Assembly (NCBI RefSeq): GCF_018977255.1
Contig: NW_024704742.1
Location: forward strand, 34,288,001-34,352,000
Length of the DNA: 64,000 nucleotides
Source: Callorhinchus milii
Lineage: Eukaryota
Direction: 5' to 3'
Part shown: positions 37,329 to 49,278 of the stretch, piece by piece
How positions within the stretch are numbered: the stretch's first letter is position 1
How the letters are laid out: each line of letters begins with the position of its first letter
Position numbers and translations under genes: made by a program
The notes under the pieces: model-generated
What the model was told of the DNA's origin: nothing
Database searches by the model: none
What the model saw: the letters and a program-made list of their open reading frames with translations, nothing else

Positions 37329-37789
37329 TGCTGAACACAGTATGGCCACAGAGCTGATCAGTAGAAGAGAATCCAGAGTTTCAAAATCCAAATCAATGAG
37401 TTCAGCGAAAGCAAATGCAGGAAGAGGAACAACCACTGCATGCTGGTAAGTTAATAGATCGAGCAGATCAGAGAATGCTTGCATTGCGATGTCATAGACA
37501 TGTGCTGTTAGGGGACTTATTTACGCTCTCAGACCTTGTTGTACAGCACAGAGTATCGTGCAACCAGATGCAACTTCCAACAGCTGCTCTGGAACAGATG
37601 CTCAAAGAGTTACCCGATCCGCTAAGAAAAACGACAAATTTTGGACCAATGCAATGATCTTTTACGACAACAAGCATGGAAGTGAACCAAGTCACTGCTT
37701 CAGCTATTGTTGTGCTCTTTGATTGTGAGATGTTCTTCAGTAACGTCACCAAACTCACAAACAGTGAGTGAATAGATATTAAATAGATA

Positions 37790-37903
37790 ACATTTTGCCC
37801 ACAAATATACAGTGAATTCACTTTACAGTCTATTCTGTGAAGCACTTTAAGACGTCTAGAAGATGTGAAAAGTGCTATATCAAATGCAAGGATTATTATT
37901 ATT
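37790..37903 (+). mobile_element. SINE family A 3' fragment
   Basis: ttttgcccacaaatatacagt...gacgtctagaagatgtg...caaatgcaagg(att)n. Confidence 0.88.
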
Positions 37904-40900
37904 AAAAGCTAGAAGTAAGGCATTCATTTCAGAAAGCAGAAAACAACAGGCAGATAGATATATAAAATTACGGGGTTTATCGATTAATTGTTCTGAAGTA
38001 TAATTATCATCAGTCACTATCCCATGACACAGACTAGTTGCTGTATTAAATAAGCTTCAATTGGCTTCAGCCTCCTTGATATCCTCCAAAGGGCATGGTG
38101 CACTCTCCAGTGATCATACTGGGGCACCAGTGGTTATATAGTTGAGGGTCTCTCCATCCATCAGAACATCCCCAAAGTTTTTTCTTCAGTACCTCCCCCA
38201 CTTTGCGAGCAGTCTGTCTACCCTGAAGGTGGCTCTAGACCACTCCCTGCCACTGTAAACAACCCATACATCCCCTGGGAACCACAGGGAAAGAGGAGAT
38301 CATGTGGATGTGATGTAATCAGCCTGGTACATAGCTACACAGCTTCCAGGTTAGTTACTGAGCATGGGATGCATTGAATCAGCTCCATTTGGACGGTAAG
38401 CACTTCAACATGCATAATAGTGATTTGGGGGCAAGACATTGTTGTCAGCCTCTTGTTCGAGCTTTCTTCCTTGGATAACAAATGATTTTCTAACACCCAC
38501 AAATGTACCTGTTTCTTTACCCATATTGTTCTTTGCGCAGAATGAGTTAGATACCAGGGTACTGCGGTTCACAATATTGCTTTGTTCAGGGAACAACACA
38601 CCTTGATAGAAAAATCTCTAATTTGGGGAGCAAAGCATTTTAGAATTTGCCAACTGGCAGCAAAGTCTTCATGATAGTAACTCCAAGAATGCATATTTCT
38701 CCAAGTCCCTTTTACTCTCTGAGTTTTTCTGTCCTAGAAGTATTTTTCCAGACAGGGGCTTGTGGACTTGCACAGATAAATATACAGTTTCCCACCCAGC
38801 GGACATTCTGTTGGGGGTGGGGTGGAGGGGGAGGGGTGGGGGGTTTCACTACATCTTCATTTTAGAACAGCTGTGGAGTTTCTGGGTGAAGCAGGGTAAG
38901 TGAAATCTGCCTGTGTGTGTTTTGGGGATGTTCACTTAAAGGGACCACCCTCGGACATGCGTTTTGCGCCAATGGCCTTCCGCAACGCCTTCTAAGCCAA
39001 CTGTAACTTAATGTTGTATACAGCCTGACTGTGGAGCATACAAACCATGGCAATTATCTACCGTCAAACACTTCCAAGCTTTTCTATGCAGGCAGTGAGA
39101 TCCTTTTTTCTTCAAAAAACAAAGATGTTTCAAATTTACTGAGTACAAATACAGTCATTCCACATACACTGCCCAAACTGGATGCTGAGCGTTATCATGG
39201 CAAATCAACCCCCAAACATCTTGACTTGTTGAGGATAGATTCCAGGCTCCCCAACAACAACATGCTATGAAACTTTCTCAGTGTGGGAGGAAGCAAGGAT
39301 ATCCCTTATTTGACAACTGTATCACTCGCTGTAATAATTTTGTGAAATGGAGGAATCAGACACTGGTGCTCAGATGAAAGGGAAAACTCAAATCTGCAAA
39401 CTCTTGTTTGCTTTATACTAATTTTGGCAATGGAAAATAGCATTTACTACTGTGTCCTGGATCACGGTCAGCTCCTGCTGATGGGCAAAGTATCCCCATT
39501 ATCACTATCTTCAATCTCTGGACATAACAGTGACTGATGAACAGAGAGAGAAGAGGTCCTTTCATCAGTGTACGATATACATTGTACAAAATAAATGTCA
39601 ACTTGTGGTTAGAAGCATTTGTACTAATCCAGGAGCTGAGATTGTAAACCACTTCAACTGTGCTGATGTCATCTGAACCCCTCAATCACAAAGCTGCCTT
39701 GTAAATTACTCATACCCATTTAATGTGCTGTGGTGTATTTAATCCACAAGGGTATCTAATCATACAAATACATTGATGTACCACCGATGATTTGGCAGAA
39801 CCAGCAGAGAGTCTTGGTTGAACACGGAGCCTGCTAGCAGTGTGTGAACTTTTGCGGAAATATTGAAGATTCAGTTCACGAATCATTCAACCTGATTATT
39901 AAATACAGGTCACCCCCTTTACTACCTAAAGAAGGAAGACAGAAAATTGTCAATGAGACTATTTTGTTTTAGAAAAAAATCGAACAGCTGCATCATGGAA
40001 AATGTATTCCTTATCATTCCATCAATGTGTTTGTGTGGAGATCACTTCAAAATGTGCAAGAACTATGATATTAATTGCTGCTTTTTATAATTAAAAATCA
40101 AACATTTAAAGATAATTTTTCATAGGACTGCCAAACCTATTCTGAACACTTGCCAATCAATGTTCATTAATGTTGAAATAGTTATTATTTTCTAACATGG
40201 CAGAATTTTTGTGCCAAATTTTTAAAACTGTTATGAATTCAATTAATTCAGACAACATTATTAATAGCAAGGATGCAAAAGAGTACATGTTTTTACTCTA
40301 CAGTAACAAGCTCAACAGTTTCTGATACATTTTTATAAAACTGGCAATACTGTTTATATAGCAACATGCACATGCAGGAAGTCATTTCAGAAACATATGT
40401 ATTTCAGAATCCATAACATACTCTTAGTTTGAATGTAAAATCTTGCAGAATGTTATATTCTGAACTAATATAATGGTTAATGTTGTATTGCAGAATGAAA
40501 TCCCTTATGACATCAAAGAAAAGCTTTAGAATAAGGTTGGGTGATTGTGTGTCTGCTGCCTGCCAACCGTGCAGGCGGCACGGTAAAAGATTTAATATCT
40601 CACAATATAGAGGAGAGAATAAAGAAGGATTTCATCACTGCTGGGAGCAAGAAGAGACTCAAATATAATAATAATCACCAATGATCCAGAGCAAAATATT
40701 ATTGAAAGTCAGCATAACATAGCGCAACAAAGCTTGCAAAATGAAGCGTGGAGTAATAATAATAATAAATACTTGTCATTGCTGTGCATTTTCACTGGGC
40801 TGAGATTATTGTGAGCTACGTACAGACAAGACTGATTGAATTACCTGACGTTTCACAGTGTTGACTTGTAAATAAAGCAGGCATTTGTTAAGAGGTTCCG

Positions 40901-41439
40901 CATACAGCTTCCTAGTCAGTGGGACTCTCCAGGTACAGTGCCTAGGGACGGCTAACTCCACAAGAAAGCACCATGCATTTCAACACTCCTACAGGAAGAT
41001 TGCTTTGTAAGGAAATTACTAATAAAGACAATTACTGAAAATAACTAACTTTTTTCCTTGTTCATAGCAAGCCACGTACAATGTAACTCTTTGAAGAGTG
41101 AGTCATTCACATTTTCTTTGTATAATAATAATAATACTTACTTTTGATATGCTGTTTGTACTTAAATATTTCATATCAGTTGATCAGGCAATCAGGAACA
41201 TAGGAATAGGTGTAGGCTATTCACAGCCCCTGGAGCCTGTTCCACCATTCTGTTAAATCATGTCTCACCTGTACCTCCATTTACCCGCCTTTCCTAAGGT
41301 GTGATAAGATTTGACTTATCTTAGATTTGAAAAATTGAAAAATAAACATCAGGAGATGAGGAGTGGCTTGGGATCAACACAGGATATGGGATCTTCAACG
41401 TACCAAAGGAAACTTGGACAAAAATCGCCCCCAAAACGT

Positions 41440-41728
41440 TCATCACTCACTTCATGGCTATTTGCGGGGCATTGCGCCCACAAATATACAGTCAATTCAC
41501 TTTACAGTATATTCTGTGAAGCGCTTTGAGACGTCTAGAAGACGTGAAGAGCGCTATATCAAATGCAAGGATTATTATTATTATTGCTGTGAGCAAATTG
41601 ACTGCCGTGTTTTGCTCACAAAATATACAGTCACTAGGCTTTACTGTATTTCCTGTGAAGCGTTTTGAGGTGTCTCGACGACATGATAAGACGCTTTATC
41701 AAATGCAAGGATTATTGCTATTATTGTT
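41440..41728 (+). mobile_element. SINE family B 3' half with a family A 3' fragment (41476-41582) nested inside
   Basis: The core ...ggggcattgc|tgtgagcaaattg is split by a family A tail. TSD attgc at 41471-41475 and 41583-41587. Confidence 0.85.
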
Positions 41729-43439
41729 AACTCCAGCATTTAATCATTCATTTTTTTTCTTTAGAGCAGTTTGGAGCTGGTGCAGGAAAGAGCAATTGGC
41801 TTAACTATAAACTTTTTCCCTTGAAAAATGGAAAAATATATCAGTTGCCAGCACAATTTCATGTTTCCACTGTTAATAATCTTTCACAACATTATTCTTT
41901 CCTCTCCCTTCCACTCCCCCTTACCCAAAGACAGTGACTCATGCTGGGATATGGGTCCGTGGGATGTGGCATTACTCCAGTACTTTACCCAACCAGCCCC
42001 CCTTCATGTGTTTGCCAGGGCAGTGGTTACTAGCAGACCAAGCCCACATCCAAGCCCTCCCCTGTTCTGACCCAACATCCGTACACATGCATACTTTACG
42101 GCAGGTGTCATTGGATTGCGTTCAGGAGTAGAAACACTGGCAGATTTACAAGCCCTTTTTTAAAAAAAGAAAAGCTAGCAGTAGCAGCAATAACTCCTGG
42201 AGCACTCTTGTGTGCTGCTTGCATTATTCAAGCTTTGGTTCAGTGTTTAAGGATCATATTTGCTCAGTCCGGTGACTCAGCACAAGGGCAGCCAAAGAAT
42301 ATCTTTTTTCTAAGCATGTTGGAAAGATATGGCTAACAGATTCTGGGCAGCACATTTTGACTAGTTTGACAAAATGTTGGCAACAGGAAACATTAACTCA
42401 ATTGTCTGTTTCTGCGATTTTGTTTAGCAATAAATGAATTTATTGAAATGTTTTTATTGATTACGTTCCAATGCACAGAATAAAAGCTTCCTGGGAGTGT
42501 GGCCAGAGATTTTGGTGATTGCATTAAATATGAAGGATACATTTAATCGCCTGGTGCAAGTCACCCACACTCTGATATTGCACTGGAGCTCAGGGCAGCC
42601 ACTGACAACTGTTGTTTTGTATAATATACACAAAAGAGTGAATCATTTAAAAGTTACATTGGCCAGCCTGTTTGTGTCTTGATTTTCTCTGCACAATGTA
42701 AGCCCAGTTTTAACACTGAGACTAAACACATTATGTAGTGTTATGATGCTAAAGTGCAATTTATTTAACAATTTATTTAAATACTTGTCTGCCACCTTTA
42801 CTCTAGACTCAGGAAGGTATATTCAAAATCAGTAAAGAGAATTCAAATGATAAATCCCCTTTTTTTTGTTGATGTTAGAAGAAAAACTGCCACTTCATGA
42901 AATAAAAACAGAGAGAGCTGGGAAAACTCAGCAGGTCGGGCAGCATCTATGGAGAAAGGAAAGTGAGTCAACGTACAGAACGGAAGTGGTCTGCAAATCG
43001 GTCACCCAATCTGGGCTTAGTTTCCCCAATATAGAAGCGACCACATTGTGAGCAGTGGATACATATAGTACATTGATGGTAGTACATGTGAACCACTGTC
43101 TTACATGGAAGCTGTGTTTGGGGCCTTGCATAGTGGTCTGGGAGGAGGTGAAGGGGCAGGTATTACATCTCCTGCACTGGCATGGGAAGGTGCCGGGGGA
43201 AGGAGAGCAGCTGATAGTGCTGACGGCGGAATGAACTGAGGAATCCCGAAAGGAGCGATCCCTTCGGAATGCGGAGAGGGGAGGGAAATATGTGTTTGGT
43301 GGATGAGTCACGCCGGAGGTGCCGGAAATGTCGGAGAATGATGTGCTGAATATTGAAGCTGGTGGGTTGGTAGGTGAGGGTCCCTATCATGGTTCCGGGA
43401 TGGGGGGAAAGGGGTGAGAGCAGAGGTGCAGGAAATAGG

Positions 43440-44405
43440 TCAGATACGGTCAAGGGTCTTGGCTATTACGGTCGATGGGAATCCTCGGTTGAGGAAAAAT
43501 GAGGACATCTCGGTTGCTCTGGCGTGGAAGGTTGCATTGTCAGAACAGATGCGGCAGAGGCGGATGAACTGGAAAAATGGGATGGCGTCTTTGCAGGAGG
43601 CTGGGTGGGATGAGGTATAATCAAGGTAGCTATGGGAGTTGGTGTGCTTATAGAAAATGTCTGTGGATGGTCTGTTACCTGACATGGAGATAGTGAAGTC
43701 GAGGAAGGAAAGCGAAGAGTCAGAGATGGTCCATGTGAATTTTATGGAGGGGTGGAAGGTGGAAGCAAAATTTATAAATGCTTCTAACTCACTGTGAGAG
43801 CAGGAAGCGGCCCCAACACAGTCATCAATGTACCTGAAGAACAGGTCAGGGAGCAGACCCAAGTAGGACCGGAACAAAGAGTGTTCCAGTTGGCCAACAA
43901 ACAGACAGGTGTAGCTGGGACCCATGCGGGTTCCCATAGAGACACCTTTTAGTTGAAGGAAGTGGTTGGAATTGAATGTGAATTTGTTCAATGTCAGAAC
44001 AAGTTCAGCCAGGTGGAGGAGCGTGGTGGTGGATGGAGACTGGTTTTGCCATTGATCAAGGTGGATCTGGAGGGCCTGGAGGCTGTCCTTATGGGGGATG
44101 GAGGTGTAGAGGGACTGAAAGTCCATTATGAAGAGGAGACGTTCAGGACTGGGGAACCGTAAATTGTCAAAGTGGCGGAGGGCATCCGAGGAGTCATGGA
44201 TATAAGTGGGTAGGGATTGGACGAGGGGAGCAAAAATGGAGTCCAAATAAAACAAGATTAATTTGGTGGGACAGGAACAGGCTGAGACAATGGGTCTACC
44301 AGGACAGTCCTGTTTGTGGATATTTGGGGAGGAGGTACAGGCGGGCTGTGGGGGCTGGGTGGCTATGAGGTTGGAGGATGCAGGAGGAAGGTCACCAGAT
44401 GACAT
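43440..44405 (-). pseudogene. Penelope-type reverse transcriptase, disrupted
   Basis: Motifs PGRPIVS, DFQSLYTSIP, GVSMGTRMGPSY, FFRYIDD, LSFLD, YLDYTSSHP. 5'-truncated, with a premature stop before the endonuclease. Confidence 0.92.
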
Positions 44406-44786
44406 GAGGTCATTGACTACCTTGGTAATGGTGGCTTGGTTTTCAGCTGTGGAGTCACCGAGATGTCCTTATTTGTCCTCGACCGAGGATTCCCATCGAC
44501 AGTAATAGCCAAGGCCCTTGACCATGTCCGCCCTATTTCCCGCACCTCTGCCCTCACACCTTCCCCCCCATCTCGGAACCATGATAGGGTCCCCTTAGTC
44601 CTCACCTACCACCCCACCATCCTCAATATTCAGCGCATCATTCTCTGACTTTTCCGGCACCTCCAACATGACTCATCCACCAAACACATATTTTCCTCCC
44701 CTCCCCTCTCCGCATTCCAAAGGGATGACTCCCTCCGGGATTCCTTAGTTCATTCCACCGTCAGCACTACCAGCTGCTCTCCTTCC

Positions 44787-45155
44787 CCCGGCACCTTCCC
44801 ATGTCAGCGCAGGAGATGTAATGCCTGCCCCTTCACCTCCTCCCAGACCACTATCCAAGGCCCCAAACTTCCATGTAAAACAGCAGTTTACATGTACTAC
44901 CACCAATGCACTATACTGTATCCACTGCTCACGGTGCGGTCTCCTCTATATTGGGGAGACTAAGCGCAGATTGGATGACCAATTTGCAGATCTTCTGGTC
45001 TCCTGCCATTTTAACTCACACTTCCATTCACAGTCTGACCTCTCCATCCATAGTCTCCTATACTGTTCCAATGATCCACAGCGAAAGCTTGAGGAACAGC
45101 ATCTTATCTATCTGCTGGGGACCCTAAAGTCCTCTGGCCTCAATATTGATTTCAG
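44787..45155 (+). pseudogene. Penelope Cys-rich linker and GIY-YIG endonuclease, disrupted
   Basis: PGTFPCQRRRCNACPF, then after a frameshift CTTTNALYCIHCSRCGLLYIGETKRRL...HFN...RKLEEQHLIYLLGTLKSSGLN. Confidence 0.9.
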
Positions 45156-45450
45156 CCATTCAGACCATAACAACTCACCTTCCTCTTTCTGTTACCAGAA
45201 GAGTTAACTTCTGTTATCATTACAATCATCACCCCAGAAACTCTTTGTCTCTCTTGGTGTGTTGCCTGTTCTGCACTATTAACAACTCTTCTCCCTAGTT
45301 TTTTTTCCATCCACCCCCCAACCCCCCCAACCTTTCGTTTTACACCGACACATTCTCTCCTTTGTCTTCTTTTTTTGTCTTCTTTGTCTTCCTTGTCCTG
45401 CCTTCCCCCCACCCTCCGTTCTTAAAATCCTCTCCCTCCCAACATGCCCC

Positions 45451-45476
45451 AGTTCTGACGACCCGAAACATTGACT
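45451..45476 (+). ncRNA. Decayed minimal type I hammerhead ribozyme in the Penelope terminal repeat
   Basis: agtt-CTGACGA-ccc-GAAA-ca-TT-gact: core boxes CUGANGA, GAAA and UH in order. Stem I is agtt/gact; stem II has collapsed. The left arm retains ACGTTGACT. Confidence 0.6.
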
Positions 45477-45574
45477 CACTTTTCTTTCTCTATAGATGCT
45501 GCCTGACCTGCTGAGTTTTCCCAGCTCTCTCTGTTTTTGTTTCAGATTTCTGGCATCTGCAGTATTTTGTGTAT

Positions 45575-45723
45575 TGCCACTTCAGCTGCTTGTGGGACAT
45601 TACTGAGTGCAAATAGGCTGCTGTGTTCGCCTACAAATACAATCACTAAACTTTGCAGTAAATTCTGTAAAGGGCTATGAGACTTATCGGCAAGCCGCTA
45701 AATCAAATGTGAAGATTATTATT
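45575..45723 (+). mobile_element. SINE family B 3' half (target of the Penelope insertion)
   Basis: cacttcagctgcttgtgggacattactgagtgcaaataggctgc...gattattatt. Confidence 0.8.
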
Positions 45724-48582
45724 AGAGGGTATGCTGGCAGTTTTGTGGAGTACGTATTTTGTCATAAGCACAGTCATGGATGAGCCAGTGGTGTGAGTCA
45801 ATGCTTTGCAATTTGTTATAAAGACACAGGCGATAAGCAAGCACTCCCCAGACAGCAGGTTGTGTTTGTGTTACTCGCACATTGCAGCCAGTAAACTGTG
45901 GCCCATGACAGAAATTGCGTTTTTGAAGGAAGTCTGTCATGTCAAGTCACAAGACCTCGACTCCAGGGTTGGTGGGTGGTGGCTCCAGTCTTGTGCGTTA
46001 GTGTGATATACATGTGATTCCCTGCAGGAAACATAGCAGTTTCTGCTGCAAGTCTCAGTTTCAGCAGTAAGATGCGACCGCTAGGAAGGTGGAAGGCAAA
46101 CTAGATGGACCTTGGTCTTTTTTCGTCTAACATTTTCTTATGTTTAGCAACAACCACTGCCTTCCTGAAAATCACTATAAAAACTGAAATCTTAACTATT
46201 CATTTTTTCTATTCCAATAATAGATTTTATCTTTCAGATTTGTTATATGAATATAACTAGTGGCTACGAATGTTTTTAAAAATGTTATCTCTATTAGTCT
46301 GTTATTAGTTTATTAAAATCTATTAAGCAAAGTATTTTAAAAACTCAATCTATAATCTAGAAAGGAGACTTTCCCTCTACATTTCCAAATGTGGGAAATC
46401 TCTCTTTATTCCCTTTGTTGATTAACACTGTACATATTATTGCTTGGGAATACCACACTTTTTGCACTATTTTGTTATGAGCAGTGTCGCCAAACACAGC
46501 CATGTGAGGTGTTCTATTGCCAGATGTTCACTTTTACATTTCCCTAACAAAATGCATTAACCCCAACCTCAGAAGAGTCAATCTAATCTTCTATTGCATC
46601 AATCTAACTTTGCACATTTTGTACACCAACCACTTATGGACTTTTGGGATCAATATTTCCTATCCAGTGCCACGTTGTGGGGAATTTTGTGCTGTGTGCT
46701 GCATTCACTGGGTACTGGCTTGAAACCTCCAAAAAACCATTTTACATGGGACTTTATAGAGAGCAAGAAGAGGTTCTTTATCCATTCAGTCTATCATGGA
46801 ATGAGAACCCAGGTCTTCAAATTACAAGACAATATATTGCCCATTGTGGCAGATTTTTGACCTTTTATGGAATGGTATTCATAACAAAAAGTAATTATTA
46901 ACAAATGTATATAACGGTAACTGAATTGTGAGCACTGAGACATGAAATACTGAGACATGAGAGCAAAGAATTTCTCTTTATAAGCAAAACAAGGGAAATT
47001 AATTTTTAAAAAGAAGTATTTTCTAAACATGACGAAAGCTTTTACTGGCTGCGTGTTTGTTGAACTGTGGTCTTCACTGGATCAGAGTTGAGTAACTAAT
47101 ATTGTTGTATAAATTTTTCCTTATAACCTTTCCAAGATGTATGTGATGGAATATTGAAGGATCTAGGCCGTATTCAGTTGTTCAGTTCTCTGGGGTTCCA
47201 GAAATTATTTAATGCATGTATTTTTGCTTGGTAGTGGAACAATTATTCAAACATTTAAAGAACGGCACTTCATAGTCTTCATCTCGGTGTAACCTCAAAG
47301 GACAAATCTTGATTCACTCTGATTGCTTTTCTGCAGTGTTAGTTTATTACAATACGCCAAGGCACCAGCAAAGCATTTTGTAGATTGTAGCATTATCCTT
47401 TATAAGAACTGAGCTGTTTGAAATATATGCTTAAGGTTATTTCTGTCTAAAATAATCTGAAGTCAATGCTGCCAAATTGGTTATCTTGAAATAGTATTCC
47501 CCATTCCTGCTCTTATATGCCACAGTAATTAATTATTTCTGATAAATACAAGGCAGAAAGGTGAATAAGTCATTTCACTGAGAGCTGTTTAGCAGGGGGT
47601 GTGGCTATAAGTGGAGGAAAAGATCAAAGGAAAGTACTAACAGGACTTGTAGCCTGTCTAAAGAAGATCAAGCTCTAATTTCTGAAGAAAGATTTGCAGT
47701 GAGTTGGCTTATGGTCAATAGGTAGCTGACCTGAAGACCCTGAGCTGAGAGACTTGATTCATGGTTTGAATTATCTTGATTATAACACCCCCACAAATTC
47801 CAAGCCACTCTGTTTGGTCAAGGAGTGGTGCCTCCCTGACTAAGCCGCCACAACAAGATGCATGTTCAACCGAGTGCATTTAAAACCCAGTGATTTCCCT
47901 CTTCGTTTCCAGACACAGTTTTGCCACTAAAACAACGTATAGTGGAACTCACTGATTTGACACAAGGATAAATCAGGGCCTTCTGCACTTACTTCTTCTC
48001 CTCTTTGAACAACACACATTATTTAACTGATAGGATCAGTTTATACATACTTCACTTCATTCGTTTGCTTATGTCTGCTAGTTATGGTTTAAAGGAATTC
48101 TCCAGCAAAACTCACCAAAGATCCTGATTGTGAACTTTAACCCTGGTTAAAAAATTATATTAATTGTGACTTCTTTTTATTTGTTTTAAACAGATCAATG
48201 TTGTTGTTCATTGTTGTTTTAAATATCTTTTTCTCAATCATTCCTGTATTGTTAACACTGCTCTGTTAGCCGGGAGTCTGAGCGGGGGCTGGGGAACATA
48301 CAGCTGAGCCTCCAAGCTTCCCATTTCTTTTTGTGAGTATTGTGTTAATGGTATGAACCATTGCAATAATCAGATGGACGTTTACTTTGAAAATTAAAAC
48401 ATAAAATGCACACACACTGTCAATGTCAGTTTGTCTCGTGTGATAGGACTTTTCCCTCTGGAGCAGAGGGTTGTGGGTTGAAACTCCACGTCAGGACTTG
48501 AGTTAATTATTTTACAGATTAGAGAACCTGTAGAATAGACCAACTGTGGAGGTGACGATAAATGTGGGAACCAGATCAGATA

Positions 48583-48896
48583 TTCCTGTAGCTCAGTGGT
48601 TAGAGCACTCGCCTCACAAACAAGAGGACCTGGGTTTGATTCCTGGGCAGAGCAAAATGTTTGCAGTAAGTAGGAACCCGGTTGTTAAGTCTATTGGCAG
48701 ATCAATTTTTTAAAAAAATAATAATTTACTGACTCAATCCACGACTGTTTGTGGGACACTGCTATGTGCAATTGGCTATTGTGTTTTGCCCACAAAATAT
48801 ACAGTCAATTCACTTTACAGCATATTCTGCGAAGCACTTAGAGACGTCTCGAAGATGTGATAAGGCACTATATGAAAAGCAAGGATTATTATTATT
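48583..48896 (+). mobile_element. SINE family A, near full length
   Basis: tcctgtagctcagtggttagagcactcgcctcacaa head through the caaggattattattatt tail, with a small internal deletion. Confidence 0.93.
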
Positions 48897-49034
48897 TGGC
48901 AAAGAAAATGATTGACTGGTAGGAGAGGTAGGACAGTGCAGGCTATCCATTGACTTTTAGAACTCAACAGATAAGATCCTTCATAATTCTCAATATTCAT
49001 ATCAATGTATCAAGTAAAGCTGCGTCTCTTAACC

Positions 49035-49266
49035 AAAGAGAGGAAGAAATCCGCTGTCTCAATGTGGTAAAGGGTAAGTTTCTTTACTCAGAGGGTAATT
49101 AACAACTGAACAGGTTGCCGGGAAAGGTGGTTGAGGTCAGGACACTGAACTCATTTAAAAAGTAGATCGATGCTATGAAGGGAGGGATGGTAGGGTGGGA
49201 CTCTGAAGGGATGAGGTCAGTTAGACTGAAGGGCCTTTTTCACCCTCAGCAATCATTGTGATATTC
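49035..49266 (+). mobile_element. CR1 LINE 3' end
   Basis: Translates FFTQRVINN*NRLPGKVVEVRTLNSFKK, then a 3' UTR with gactgaagggcc. Confidence 0.8.
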
Positions 49267-49278
49267 ATAATAATAATC

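Larger units (their letters stand above)
42898..45574. mobile_element. Penelope-like retroelement (Neptune-type), two arms head-to-head: 42898-~44447 minus, ~44448-45574 plus
   Basis: RT and GIY-YIG motifs, inverted duplication of the 3' part, a shared terminal repeat (atagatgctgcc-gacctgctgagttttcccagc) at both ends, and TSD tgccacttca at 42888-42897 and 45575-45584. Confidence 0.93.

Noticed and set aside
40480..40668. Cys-containing ORF (GDCVSAACQPC) as a TNFR-like exon
   Set aside because: Too short, cysteine spacing incomplete, and its phase does not join the donor at 18/19 in the matching frame.
42272..42282. Perfect NFE2/ARE-type motif gtgactcagca
   Set aside because: A single short motif with no supporting context cannot be called functional from sequence.
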